A stretch of 63,941 nt of DNA, the filler included, from Aduncisulcus paluster (Eukaryota), in assembly GCA_024181965.1 (NCBI GenBank). It is 14 parts of 14 records of this genome, joined end to end, with 100 filler letters (N's around TTAATTAATTAA, not from the genome) between each part and the next. Parts side by side here need not be neighbours in the genome. Positions count along the whole stretch, not along the records: positions 10,266 to 29,756 come from BQXS01011954.1; positions 29,857 to 32,801 come from BQXS01011955.1; positions 32,902 to 47,554 come from BQXS01011956.1; 11 more parts are not named here. One strand, 5' to 3'. The notes under the pieces are model-generated. The model had not been told where the DNA came from and did no database searches. It worked only from the letters and a program-made list of their open reading frames with translations. How positions within the stretch are numbered: position 1 is the first letter of the stretch; every line of letters begins with the position of its first letter. Positions 22,754 through 34,565 of the stretch are shown here, piece after piece. The translations under genes were made by a program, and so were the position numbers.

Positions 22754-25700
22754 CTATTTTCGTCCCACAACATTCCTCCTTTCCTTGAGATCCAGATCAG
22801 AATAAATATCATTCAACTTGTTCCATATATGCTTATTCAAAAGCATTCCAAAGTGATCACAGCAAGGAATGGGAATTAATTCTGTCGGTTTGAACTGAGG
22901 AATGGCGTGTAAAGTCGGGATAGTCCCATCACCCATTGTCTGAGAGTATGACAATGGTTTGTCATTAAGATGATGGGCTATATGGTATAATAACGGGTGA
23001 GCTGAGAGTGAGAATGGTAAGGATTCATCCTCAGTTTCTTCAGAAGAGGTGTCAACTATCCCTTCACTACGACGAACCCACTTACAGCCAATGCACTGGC
23101 ATATTCCACCCATTTCGACAATACTCTCTCCACAAACAGCATCCCAAGGAGTCTCAATGGAATGACCAATGAATACGTTGTATGAAAAGCTAGGGGGAAT
23201 GGATGGAATGGGAATGGCTTCCCTATGGTAATATCTCTTGCGATATGCATGATGAAACCCTGAAAGGAAAGGATGGTCGATTATCTCACCATATGCTTCG
23301 GACAAATCTGCTTGATTGAGTAAGTTTGTCGACCGAAAAGCAGAAATTGAGGATGGAACAGGTCTTGACGATGAAGGTAGACAACAAGGATAAACATGCC
23401 CATCAGAACCCTTCAAAGTTTCCTTGACATCTTCCTTCCTATACTGTACTATACTAAACTCAGACTTGGATATCTTGACGGTTGATGTAATTGTTGAAGA
23501 TATTGGCTCAGAAATGATGATTGGAGTCTTAATGTGACTCTTAAGAACATCAGAAGAAGAAGAAGATTCATTCGACCTGAGCATTTTATCAAGCGGTTTG
23601 TCAAAGAATAATTCTGAACCAGAGGCAATTGACTTCTCTTTCATTTCAGACAATGACTTAGGAATTGCACTCCACTTTCCTCTTCGAATAACCTTCAAAA
23701 ATCGTTCTTTTAATTCGGCTTCACTCTGATATTTCCGACGTTTTTCCAATTCATCCTGAGCTAATTTCCATATATTCGCACCCTTCTCATACAAATATTC
23801 ATTTCCATCAGTTTCCAACAACACCCTAATCTGCGTATGAATTTCCTCATTCAGGGCATAGAGAGAATTTAGGTGATCTCTGCTCTGAAAATGAGTGTGG
23901 TACCAATCACAAGCCAGAATTTCAGCTTCTTCTTGTTCCAAAGAACAACCAGAGACAATTTCTTTTTCGGTTCCTTTCTTCTTTGACTTATCAACAAGAG
24001 AATCTTCTTCTTTGTTAAATTTATCCACAGCCCCAAGGAAAAGTTTCTTCCAGAATGGATGTTTATCAACATTAGACAAGGATATCATCTCCATTATAGT
24101 TAAATATCCTTCAGTATTCTGTATTTCCTCACGAGTTATTGGAGCACACTTTTCAACAATATCCTGTGAATGTTGCTTTCCAACATGATGAAATTGTTGA
24201 ATCTGTTGAAATCTCCTCGCATACTCCTCCATTCCACAATCACCAGCACACAACCATTCTTTATAATCTTCGCTTTGATCTACCTGACTCTGAATATTTT
24301 CTTTTGTTGAATCAAACGTTGGACAATTCGGAGATATTTTGACACTTCTCGATGGTGATACGAGAATAGAACCAGATTTAGGATGAACTAAGAAGTCAAC
24401 GTTCTCAAATGGTGAAGAATGGCTATCATCTTTAGTTGACCGATCAACGGAATCCTTCTCATGTCTCTCACAACTCTCAGAACTCTCAGAACTCTCAGAG
24501 ATAGAAGAGATAGAAGAGGTAGAAGAAACAGAAGAGACGACACGACGCTTCCACTCAATGATCCAATCTTTGACACTCCAGGCCTTAGGATCTCTTACTC
24601 GGACATAAATGGCTGCTGCTTTGTGTGGTTCGACATAATGTATCATATTTGGATACAATTGCAGCATGACAGGGGTAGTGGTTTCTAGAACTCCAAATGA
24701 ACGACAATTTATGTTATTTTTCCCAAAACAATATCCTTCCAAGACCCCACCACTCGTTGTGCACCCTGTACCACGATAGGGAGTTCCCAATGAGGAAATA
24801 GACCTTACAAAATGCATACAATGATCATGACGTAATTTATAGTAAAACAGAATCAACAACCCCCCGAGAGAATGACAAATGATATCAACTTTCCTCGCTC
24901 CACTCTGAATATAAGCCCTCTCAATGGCTTCTTGGAGATCATCGAGCATCCACCCAGCACTCATATCCTGTCTCCAATCGTAAGGAAAGCCAAACAAAGT
25001 CACTCCTTGGACCAATCCCCTCTTTTTCTTGAAGAAGTTTATCATACTATGAAACTGATCTCCAATTATATCTCCAATAATCGGTATAGTGTCGGTGAGA
25101 AGGTTGTCAACACCATACAGACCATCATCACTCCTTCTTGCATAGATATTATACCTTGCGGGATACATATAATGCTCATATTTCTCAGTGGATGGATTGT
25201 ATTTGCCCCACATGTAACGTTCAACATATGCAGAAGTTCCAAGTGCACGAGGCCATACAACAAAATCTTTACCAGTAAGATTATCCTTACAACGCAGAAT
25301 ACTACCACCAGCTCCAGGGACAAATAGAATTGGAGATACTCGATTCTTATTCTTTTTCCTCCCTTTTGCTATTAAATTAGGGGAGAAGGCACTGGGCGAT
25401 GCCAATTCGAAGTGTACCATTGGCAATGAGTCAGAGGAAGAAGATGTTTCTGGCGATTGTGATATGGGGGAGAGAGGTGCAGAATCCAAATCAATATGTG
25501 GAATTGAAATGGATGGTGAAGTGGAAGCAAAAGACTCACCGTCAATTGGTGTCTTGGTATGTTGTTCATCTGACTGTGCTGATAAATGGTCGCCATCGGT
25601 CAAAACTGTAGCTTTTCCCTTTCCATCGATGATAGATTCCAATCCACTCTCACCTTTAGTTGTGAGAGAACTACCACTACTACTACCACTCAACGCTTGT

Positions 25701-27931
25701 GCAATTTCAATATCTCTCCCAGGAATTGTCTTCTCAACCTCATCAAGAGAGGCTTCAATTGCATACATGGCATCAACAATTTGTTCGAGCAATTCCCATT
25801 CTTTCTTGCACTCAATGTCATCAATCATAGCTGGGGTCCTATGAGGATGTCTTTCCTTCACAATCACTGGTGTTCTAAAAATAGGGTCAGATCTCTTCTC
25901 TTGAGAAAGTTGAATTATATGAGACTTATCCACAGTTGTTGTTTCACCACCATGTTCGTGTTCCTCATGCATATGAACAGCACCTTGGATGTCTTGTTCA
26001 ACATCTTTAACAACACTATCCACATCGGATGTATGATCGGATGTGTGATCAGAACCATCAGAAAGGTGAGTGAGATGTGAACCGTGTGAAGGTAATGAGG
26101 ATGAATAACTTGCATCAGAATCAGAATCAATGGTGACAATTGAACAAATATGCTCGAGAGATTCAGAGGAGGATAATGTATCAAAGAAAGATGTTTTTGG
26201 AAGGGCAAGACGAGTGCTAACATCATGAAGATAAGCCAAAGATGAGAAATCGGGAATTATTTCATCGCCAAGAATATGAGTCATGGAGATCTGAGTGGGT
26301 TCTAACTCAATGGAGGCAAAAATACCCGATGGGTCTAAAGTTTGTGGTTTGGTAACTGTTGGTTCTTCACAGCCATCAATCTTCTCTTCTTCACATTTTC
26401 TTTTTTCTTCTTCCTCTTCATCAGGTTTCAAGGGAGATGAAGATTCTTTTCCCATCTTTGCCATTGTTGTTAGACGGAGAGCATCGGAATGCTGAACAAT
26501 AGATTTATCAATTCCAGTGCAAAAAGACACAATTTGTTCAATAAGTGAGGATTTAGATTGTTGGGTAGTTTTTGTACTCTTATCAACACATATTGTTGAA
26601 TGCCAAGGTGTTTGAAGCATTGTTCCACCAATGAGATGAATCTTAAGCCCAGAAACCATACTCGCACTCTTTTGTATTCCATCCTCCAAAATTTTATCAC
26701 GAATAACATCACCCTCTTCTCCTTCTTCAAGATGGTCTTCAACAGGGAAAGATGAGAGTTTACATGATGGGAAAGAACATGATAAAAGAGAGTACATACG
26801 CAATAATAATAGATTAAAATCATCGTTTTGAGACGAGGATGAACTGCCAGCTTGGAATCTCGAGCTACATCGATCGAGCAGAATCGAGAGTGGGATTGAA
26901 TCAATATGTTTATGGAATTGAATCGAATCAGGATGTGTCGAGAATCTAACTGAATGTTCCTCACACCTTTCAACAGGGAAAGAGGAATGAGGGATTGTCA
27001 GTACTTTCTCTCTTGTTTCTTGCTTCTCCGTTAATATTGGAGAATGAACACAACTCATATCATTTGAAGTGATCAATATATTCAAAGGTATTGAAAATGA
27101 AGACAAAAGATCATTCGGTGAGTCAGCAACTTCTTTTCCAACAACAAGAGCTTTTGGCTGTAGGGATGATGAGTAAGATCGTGATAGTGATAGTTGCTTC
27201 ATTAAACTATAAGGAATCAAACTACAAAAGGCAAAACTATTGAGACAGAGCTGAGTCGTAAGTGTTGGGGCCATTGAAGTGATTGGAGCTGGCAAACCCT
27301 CCATATTTTGTTCATAAAGAGCTGGGAAAAGAATAGCAGCAACAGCGGTCATACTTCCACCATAAAAGGGACATGAGGCTGCAATCCAATCAGATATAAT
27401 CAGAGATTTCTCATTTTGGGGAGATATTGAGCCTTGAACTTGAGGAGAAATATTGTAGAGTTCTGGATGGATATTGAGAAATTGTTTGACGAAAATTCCT
27501 CCTGTTCCGTGAGAAATTAGAACAAGAGGTTTAGAGTAGAGAGTATTTATAAAAGAAATTAAATTCAAAAGAGAAAAATTGGACTGATCAAGATTATTCA
27601 GACGCCAATCGTAGGAAAGAACAAAAAGGTTTCCACCGGGGACATAACCGACAGATTTAAGTTTTTTGATTAAATTGGTAAATATTTGAGACCATTTAGA
27701 TTTTGAAAACTCCTTAGGAAACTTCAAGGAATCAAATCCATATTCGCCATAAAATCCTTTTGGAGAAGCAGAAAATAATGCTGATTTATCAAGCAAACTA
27801 GATCGAATTGAATCTAAAGTTTCATAATTTTTTGGAAAAACAGTGCATATGTCTCCAAAGGCATTATTGTCAGAAAGGGAACTCTCAAGGAATCCTGGAA
27901 TTAAAATTATTGGTTTTAACTTTGAATTCAT
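22754..27931 (-). CDS. Protein with two LCAT/phospholipase A-like alpha/beta-hydrolase domains (~1725 aa)
   Basis: Domain 1: PIILIPGF...YDWR...ISHGTGG...LGDEIIP. Domain 2: PILFVPGAGGS...FPYDWRQ...ICHSLGG...LGTPYRG...GDGTIP...DHFGML. Confidence 0.85.
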   Translation of the reverse strand: MNSKLKPIILIPGFLESSLSDNNAFGDICTVFPKNYETLDSIRSSLLDKSALFSASPKGFYGEYGFDSLKFPKEFSKSKWSQIFTNLIKKLKSVGYVPGGNLFVLSYDWRLNNLDQSNFSLLNLISFINTLYSKPLVLISHGTGGIFVKQFLNIHPELYNISPQVQGSISPQNEKSLIISDWIAASCPFYGGSMTAVAAILFPALYEQNMEGLPAPITSMAPTLTTQLCLNSFAFCSLIPYSLMKQLSLSRSYSSSLQPKALVVGKEVADSPNDLLSSFSIPLNILITSNDMSCVHSPILTEKQETREKVLTIPHSSFPVERCEEHSVRFSTHPDSIQFHKHIDSIPLSILLDRCSSRFQAGSSSSSQNDDFNLLLLRMYSLLSCSFPSCKLSSFPVEDHLEEGEEGDVIRDKILEDGIQKSASMVSGLKIHLIGGTMLQTPWHSTICVDKSTKTTQQSKSSLIEQIVSFCTGIDKSIVQHSDALRLTTMAKMGKESSSPLKPDEEEEEKRKCEEEKIDGCEEPTVTKPQTLDPSGIFASIELEPTQISMTHILGDEIIPDFSSLAYLHDVSTRLALPKTSFFDTLSSSESLEHICSIVTIDSDSDASYSSSLPSHGSHLTHLSDGSDHTSDHTSDVDSVVKDVEQDIQGAVHMHEEHEHGGETTTVDKSHIIQLSQEKRSDPIFRTPVIVKERHPHRTPAMIDDIECKKEWELLEQIVDAMYAIEASLDEVEKTIPGRDIEIAQALSGSSSGSSLTTKGESGLESIIDGKGKATVLTDGDHLSAQSDEQHTKTPIDGESFASTSPSISIPHIDLDSAPLSPISQSPETSSSSDSLPMVHFELASPSAFSPNLIAKGRKKNKNRVSPILFVPGAGGSILRCKDNLTGKDFVVWPRALGTSAYVERYMWGKYNPSTEKYEHYMYPARYNIYARRSDDGLYGVDNLLTDTIPIIGDIIGDQFHSMINFFKKKRGLVQGVTLFGFPYDWRQDMSAGWMLDDLQEAIERAYIQSGARKVDIICHSLGGLLILFYYKLRHDHCMHFVRSISSLGTPYRGTGCTTSGGVLEGYCFGKNNINCRSFGVLETTTPVMLQLYPNMIHYVEPHKAAAIYVRVRDPKAWSVKDWIIEWKRRVVSSVSSTSSISSISESSESSESCERHEKDSVDRSTKDDSHSSPFENVDFLVHPKSGSILVSPSRSVKISPNCPTFDSTKENIQSQVDQSEDYKEWLCAGDCGMEEYARRFQQIQQFHHVGKQHSQDIVEKCAPITREEIQNTEGYLTIMEMISLSNVDKHPFWKKLFLGAVDKFNKEEDSLVDKSKKKGTEKEIVSGCSLEQEEAEILACDWYHTHFQSRDHLNSLYALNEEIHTQIRVLLETDGNEYLYEKGANIWKLAQDELEKRRKYQSEAELKERFLKVIRRGKWSAIPKSLSEMKEKSIASGSELFFDKPLDKMLRSNESSSSSDVLKSHIKTPIIISEPISSTITSTVKISKSEFSIVQYRKEDVKETLKGSDGHVYPCCLPSSSRPVPSSISAFRSTNLLNQADLSEAYGEIIDHPFLSGFHHAYRKRYYHREAIPIPSIPPSFSYNVFIGHSIETPWDAVCGESIVEMGGICQCIGCKWVRRSEGIVDTSSEETEDESLPFSLSAHPLLYHIAHHLNDKPLSYSQTMGDGTIPTLHAIPQFKPTELIPIPCCDHFGMLLNKHIWNKLNDIYSDLDLKERRNVVGRK

Positions 27932-28349
27932 CAAAAATAAAGGGAAATACTAATGTTAGTAGAAAAATATTTGAGAAGAAGTGGTAAACGACTTTGATTG
28001 AGTTGGTTTTTTGGAAAGAAGTAATAAGGTTACGTAAAAGGCCAGTAAAACGCAATAATGACCAGTAATTTTGAAAAATAAATTATGGATGGGTATCAAC
28101 AAGTCGTTGAAGCGAGGGAAATGCAGGTCGATTTTTATTGTGATACTTCTCTTCATAATATCATTAGATCAATGCATAAAATGGGAGAATAGATTACAAA
28201 TAACTACAAAGACAACAAATATTTATTCGTACTAGTGATACTCGGATGAATACGACATTTCATCATTCAGGCTTTCAAATTTTGAAGAATTTATTAGAAA
28301 AATGATAAAATCTTATCCTAAAAAAGTCATCTCAAAATATAATTCAGAA

Positions 28350-29756
28350 TTAGAGCCTGAATCTCGTTAGTTCCACGATATCACAGAAATCTTCATCCTC
28401 GTCTTGTTCTTCACTAAATAGAAGCTTACACACGATTTCCTCATCTCTGAGAGCAGCGTCTTTCAATTCCAATACACATCCACGCTCTTCTCTCGCGGCA
28501 AGAGTGAATGGAGTGATTTCTTTCTCAACTTCCAATGATTCACACTTAATCGTAACAAACCCGAGATCCATATCCTCCAAGGTACTTGTCACAGAGAAAG
28601 ACAGAGCGATCATCTCATCCTCACAGATGTTAATGCGCACAGAGACAACGATATCGTCAGAGGTCGAAGTGAGCAAAATGGGAGGAGAAGAAGACACAAT
28701 CTTCTTACCAGAGATGGAAGAGAGAGCAGACATGGTAGAAATTGGTGAGAAATAACCACGAGAGTCTTCCTCATGTTGTGTTTCTGTCCCTTCATCTTCC
28801 TCGACCTCTTCTTTCCCTGCACGCTTGAACAACGAGTCAGAAGCTGCTGAAGCAGTCATAAATTGCTGAACATATTCATGTCCAGCCCCAACAGATCCAC
28901 TGGCACATACAGAACTGACAAGAGCGCCCACATCCAATTCATCCCCATCGATAATATTAGTCACAGAGGTGGGGAGTTCATTTTCTTTCTCTGCCTGTTG
29001 TTTCACTTCAGAGCTTGAAATGTTTTGATTTCCAATGACACTCATGACACGGACGCATTCGTCCTCATCTTCATTTCCCCAGAGAGATACTTTCTTGACT
29101 CCTTTACGGATCCTGCCACCCCATTTTGAACCCACAGACATTAACCCATCGAGAGCAGCAATCTTAACTTCAGGTGTGTCTAAAAATAGACGAGTGAGAA
29201 GAATAGATAAAGAAGGGGTAAGAGATGACAGAGAAGAGAACTGACTCGATCCAGAACCAGTCTCCATTTCCATATCTCTCTTTTCCTTCAAACACATTGC
29301 CAAAGTCGTCACACCTTTCATTGCCAAAGGGGCAATCTCTTCCACTTCACAGTTCTCAGCGTATTCCAATACACAAGTAGACAGAGAGGAGAAGAGAGTC
29401 GGAGAGAGCTGAGTGGGAGAAAATGAGGAGAAAGAGTCTTGCAATATCTGAATAATGAAACAGAAAGTCTCCTTCTTGAGTTCATCGGCACGCTGTCCTT
29501 TTAGCACAGCACATAGAACATCAACCAAGTCAGAATTAATGCAACTAACTTCGATTGAATGCTCGGAAGAAGAGGAAGAAGAGGAAGAAGAGGAAGAGGA
29601 AGAGGAAGAGGAAGAGGAAGAAGGGGAGGAAGGAGAAGTCATTGAAGGAGAAGATTGGGAGGAAGCCTGTTCCTCAGAATGGAGACGTTCAAGTTCAGCC
29701 CTTCCTTTCTTTTCTTCCCTCTCGTAGACACTCATGATTCCCTTGAGAACTTGCAC
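28350..29756 (-). CDS. Divergent coatomer gamma subunit, C-terminal part (5' truncated)
   Basis: LEYAENCE resembles CEFIEDCE; RLFLDTPEVKIAALDGL resembles RVxLEN..VRAAAVSAL; EDEDECVR resembles DDEVRDR; PILLTSTSDDIVVSV...LSFSVTSTLEDMDL resembles the gamma-COP appendage LTESETEYVV...LQFDxTNTL. Recognised by eye from remembered motifs. Confidence 0.7.
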   Translation of the reverse strand: MQVLKGIMSVYEREEKKGRAELERLHSEEQASSQSSPSMTSPSSPSSSSSSSSSSSSSSSSSSSEHSIEVSCINSDLVDVLCAVLKGQRADELKKETFCFIIQILQDSFSSFSPTQLSPTLFSSLSTCVLEYAENCEVEEIAPLAMKGVTTLAMCLKEKRDMEMETGSGSSQFSSLSSLTPSLSILLTRLFLDTPEVKIAALDGLMSVGSKWGGRIRKGVKKVSLWGNEDEDECVRVMSVIGNQNISSSEVKQQAEKENELPTSVTNIIDGDELDVGALVSSVCASGSVGAGHEYVQQFMTASAASDSLFKRAGKEEVEEDEGTETQHEEDSRGYFSPISTMSALSSISGKKIVSSSPPILLTSTSDDIVVSVRINICEDEMIALSFSVTSTLEDMDLGFVTIKCESLEVEKEITPFTLAAREERGCVLELKDAALRDEEIVCKLLFSEEQDEDEDFCDIVELTRFRL

Positions 29757-29856
29757 NNNNNNNNNNNNNNNNNNNNNNNNNNNNNNNNNNNNNNNNNNNN
29801 TTAATTAATTAANNNNNNNNNNNNNNNNNNNNNNNNNNNNNNNNNNNNNNNNNNNN

Positions 29857-30673
29857 TTCCTCTTCTCATTCATCAAAAATTGGAACTGGTGCTTCTTCTT
29901 CTTCTTTCTCAGCTAAAAATAGAAGTTCATTTGTTAAAACACCAAGTTATCTTAAAACTCCGACTTATTTCCAAGGCCAAAGTTCCTCAATGGTGATGAC
30001 TCCAACCTCATTGCAATCATTTTCTACATCACAGCAAGTCAAAGGATCTGTTCAAGGTAGAGAAAGGAAGAAGTTTGTGAAAGTTGTTAGATGGAGTCAA
30101 GTTGACAAGAAACACGAATCAAACAACGCCACAATCGCTGCTTCCTCTTCCTCTTCCTCTTCTTCAACATTAAGGATTAATCAACACCCACCTTTGATGA
30201 TGAATGATGGTGTCTATTCCCAAAAACAATATTCACAACAAGAAGAAGAAGAAGAAGAGGAAGAAGAAGGTGAGACAAATCTTATATTTACTATGGCCTC
30301 CCCAGCAATCACTTCCTCTTCTTCTTCTTCTTCTCATTCTGATTCTATAAATAGATCGGTTGGGGAACATCCTGATCGTCATTCTGATCTTGATGATAGT
30401 GGGAGCAGTAGTCTGGAAGAAGCGCACAGTGTCAATGAGATTGATTCTAAAAATAGATTTGGGGAACAAGAAGAAGATGGTGATTCCTTGGATTCTGAAG
30501 ATTTCTTTTATGATGCTGAAACATCGGACGAGAGAAGGAAAAGGAAAAAGTTTGAAAAAGAAGAGAGAGAAAAGATCCAAAGAGAAGATGTGAAAAGACG
30601 TTCAGAATCGAGAACAAAAAGACAAAACAATCAAACAGAACGGCGCTTGAAAATGTTACAAGCCGCTCTTTCC

Positions 30674-30706
<33 letters not shown>

Positions 30707-32172
30707 CATTCTCCTTATTTGACTTCAGGGAGACGAATTAAAGAAAAAAAGCAACAAATTGGTGAGGAAATGGGAAAAGAAGAAGTGAAAACAACGCAAT
30801 CACAAAACCAACAATCTCATTATGATGGTCTATTTTTGGATTATGAGAAACAATCGATGAAGAAGAAGAACAAAGGGAATGAGGTGACGAAGACCGAAAA
30901 TGATGTTGATCACGGAGGTTATTCTTCAAGTGGAGGTGTCAAAAGAAAAGAACCAAGATATGGTGATGTTGCAAATTCTGTACGACAACGTTACCAACGC
31001 AGTTTCAGTCCAATGGGCAAGAGAATGTCTTCCTCTTCTTCTTCCTCTTCTTCCTCTTCCTCTTCTTCCTCTTCCTCCTCTTCCTCTTCCTCTTCTCTTC
31101 ATGGATTTGTTAAGAGAGCTTCAAGTGCTTCTGGAGGTGTCGTAAGCAGACAAATGAGTGCTGGAGCTATGATGGTAAGATCTCCAACTTCTTCTCATCA
31201 TGGTTCTAAAATTAGACCCTTCTTCTTCTTCATCGTCTAAAAGTTTAGCTTATCGGAAACCACACCAAAGGAGCCAATCTGTGTCAACAATTAGTGGATA
31301 TAAACGAGCCAATGCAGCCACGAGTAATGGTAAATCTCCTTCTTCGCCCTCAAAAGTAATTCTTATTCCTCGCTCCAAAGATTCTTCAAATATTCAACCA
31401 AGGCGGGCAGTCTCATCCTCTTCTCTTCACTCTCGAACAGGTTATCGTCAAACCTCTTCTGAAGTGCAACAACCAACCAAGTCGTCTATCTCTTCTTCTC
31501 AAAATCTAAAAATACGACGTGATAGANNNNNNNNNNNNNNNNNNNNCAGCCACGAGTAATGGTAAATCTCCTTCTTCGCCCTCAAAAGTAATTCTTATTC
31601 CTCGCTCCAAAGATTCTTCAAATATTCAACCAAGGCGGGCAGTCTCATCCTCTTCTCTTCACTCTCGAACAGGTTATCGTCAAACCTCTTCTGAAGTGCA
31701 ACAACCAACCAAGTCGTCTATCTCTTCTTCTCAAAATCTAAAAATACGACGTGATAGATCCTCAAGACCTTGGTTGAATCCCCCCTCAGCAAGTATTCTA
31801 ACTTCTGCGAAAGAAAAAGCTCAACGAAGAGCCATTGCAAGATACCAGAAGAAAATGGACAAACATTCTTCTGAAATTGTACATATGGAAAGCCGCACGA
31901 ACGAAAAATGTCATATTCCTACTTCTCAAACAAAAGGTCATGCAAGAAGAAGTCAAGCAAAAGAACGATCAGGACCTATGATAGCCGTTCATGATGATCA
32001 CCATGTTAAAGTTAATGTGACCCATGTTGACCAACAAGAAAAGAAGCAGACGAAGAAAGAGAGAGCTGTTGTGGTTCCTTATGGGATGAATTCAAGGCTT
32101 TTGGCTCTGTCAAAGCCAAGGAAAGTTCGGGAGAAAAAGAAGGTTGAGAAAGGACAAACAAGATGGAAATAA
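29857..32172 (+). CDS. Ser-rich low-complexity hypothetical protein (5' truncated; frameshift near 31220; duplication around gap 31528-31547)
   Basis: ORFs 29990-31240, 31200-31527 and 31548-32172 share composition (poly-S, poly-E). The frame change occurs at a CCC/TCT repeat. Confidence 0.6.
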
Positions 32173-32901
32173 GAAGAGAAGCCTTGCAAGTGCAAATGAC
32201 AAATACATGTGGACTCGAGACTGCTGTAGGTGGCAGTGCACTCAGTGCACGTATTTTGATAGTAAACTCCCTTAATTTTACTCACTGGCATTCCTTAATA
32301 AACCAAATGAGTGAGGTGAAACAATTTAGTAAAGAATCTTTACTAAAGATGATCCTGAGCTCAGGATTTCTGAGCTGGGTGATCTTAGATCACTCTTGGC
32401 TTGCCAGGCAAGAGTGATGCATCATGACATGATGATAAGTTCTCAATGAAAATTTTTGAAGTAGATCCAATAACGCACAACACTTTCTTGCCCACACAAC
32501 ACAATATCCAACAATGTTGGACCGTTGCACATACTGTAGTACAACATGTCATGTTTATTTCTGTCGGAAAATTCGAATCGAAATTTGAAATTTTGATGAA
32601 AGTTTCACCATGGAATTCATGAGTAATCTTAGAGTTCAAGATGTTCAATTGCCTATTATTTCCAAACTATCTTTATCAAGAGCATTTAACAAATTAAGCA
32701 TCGCATAAAGAACATGATTGGTCATTTCCTTCTCCTTTGAAGGGGCTTTTGAACTCGCAACACCACTGTGCGCTGAATAATCTTCATCCCAACCAGATCT
32801 TNNNNNNNNNNNNNNNNNNNNNNNNNNNNNNNNNNNNNNNNNNNNTTAATTAATTAANNNNNNNNNNNNNNNNNNNNNNNNNNNNNNNNNNNNNNNNNNN
32901 N

Positions 32902-33892
32902 GGTGCACGGCCTCAAGCTCGACAGAAAAGTGGAATTGTTCGGACTCTGGTCTTTGTTCAACCTGGGAAAGGATGGATTGGAGAGAGGCAACAACAGCTC
33001 GTTTTGACAAGAGATGACGAGGACATCTTTCTTCATCGTCATGGGATTGTTTGGATTGAAGTTCTTTCTCAAACTGAGCAATCTTGCTCTCAAACTTTTC
33101 AACATCAGAAGCCCTAATCCTTTTAAAATCTTCTTTATCATGTACTCTTTGTTCCTTTTCATCAGATAACTTCTTTTCAAGCTCTTCAAATCTCTGCTGA
33201 GTGGAAGAGATAAAATCACTCATTAAGTCTTTCATTTCGGCGCGTTCTTTGAGTTCTTTTTCTCGTTTTAATTCACCATCGAGACGCATCAATTCAATTC
33301 GTTGTTTTGCTTGTTCTTGTTGTTCTATGATAACGCGTTCTTTGCGTTCTCTTTCAATCTGTTCTTTCCTTTCTTTTTCTTTCTTTGCTTCTTGCTCTTT
33401 GTCAGTCACGAATCGAATGCCAAACAAATTAATACCCTTTTGTTTACCATCCCATGACGATATAACGTGAATATCACAAGAAATAACATTATCAATATCT
33501 ATTGGGAACTCTTGCCAGAAATAATGCTCTGGAGGCATCTCTCCCATTTGATATTCTTTTGTAATCATCTTTCCATCTGATGTTGTGAATGCGGCATTGA
33601 AATCTTTGATTCCATCAGGATAACTGTGATGACTTACAACAAACTTACTGAGATAATGTGGTGAAATAAAAGGGAGATGTAAATTGGGATTGAAACGGAT
33701 GAAAAGGATTGCTCTTTCACCTCTTAATAATCCCAATAAACTAGAATGATTATCACCACTGTAATAATCCCCATATGCTTTGGATCCATCAATTTCAGAT
33801 AGATCTGGATGACCAACAGGGTAGGGGCCTAAAAACACTCTAGAGTCCCAATCAGTTCCAAGATCGATACATTTGCCAATAATTCTCATCAT
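32902..33892 (-). CDS. Hypothetical protein: N-terminal beta-rich (galactose-binding/DOC-like?) domain plus coiled coil (3' truncated)
   Basis: Likely start MMRIIGK at 33892. The segment ...IKDF...WQEFPIDIDNVISCDIHVISSWDG...LFGIRF suggests a jelly-roll fold and is followed by an E/K/R coiled coil. Confidence 0.65.
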
Positions 33893-34565
33893 AAACAATA
33901 ATAACACACAAATATCGAAATTTAATTGAAATAAAAAAGACAATAAACACCAGTAACCTCCCGCAGTTGCAAGGAAAAACACGATTTGTTGACTCGCGAT
34001 CCAAAATCGTTGAATGAGCGTGCTTCTCACTTAATGGGGTGTCTCTTAACATTTGGAATACAATNNNNNNNNNNNNNNNNNNNNACACACAAATATCGAA
34101 ATTTAATTGAAATAAAAAAGACAATAAACACCAGTAACCTCCCGCAGTTGCAAGGAAAAACACGATTTGTTGACTCGCGATCCAAAATCGTTGAATGAGC
34201 GTGCTTCTCACTTAATGGGGTGTCTCTTAACATTTGGAATACAATACAAAATGTTCAAGGAATCAAATAATTAATTATATTTTTCCTTTATTCTCTTTCT
34301 TTCTATCCACACAGAATGGTACTTCCATTGTTCTTCAAGAACACAGTCCACAGGCAAACTTACCAACACCATACAAGAACAAGTCGTAGATGAATATATA
34401 TTTAGATATCCAATGCAAGACACTCCCTTTCTCGCTACGTCCCATTCCTGATATTCGTGAAAGGTCCTTTCACAGAAAGGAACAGGAGACAAATAATGAC
34501 CAGGATATAATTCAAATAGCTCCACGTCAATATATGATTGGACTAAAAGAGTTACTTCAAATCAA

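Noticed and set aside
31200..31240. Programmed frameshift in the Ser-rich gene
   Set aside because: No slippery heptamer or structure seen; a 1-nt indel error at the CCC/TCT repeat is simpler.
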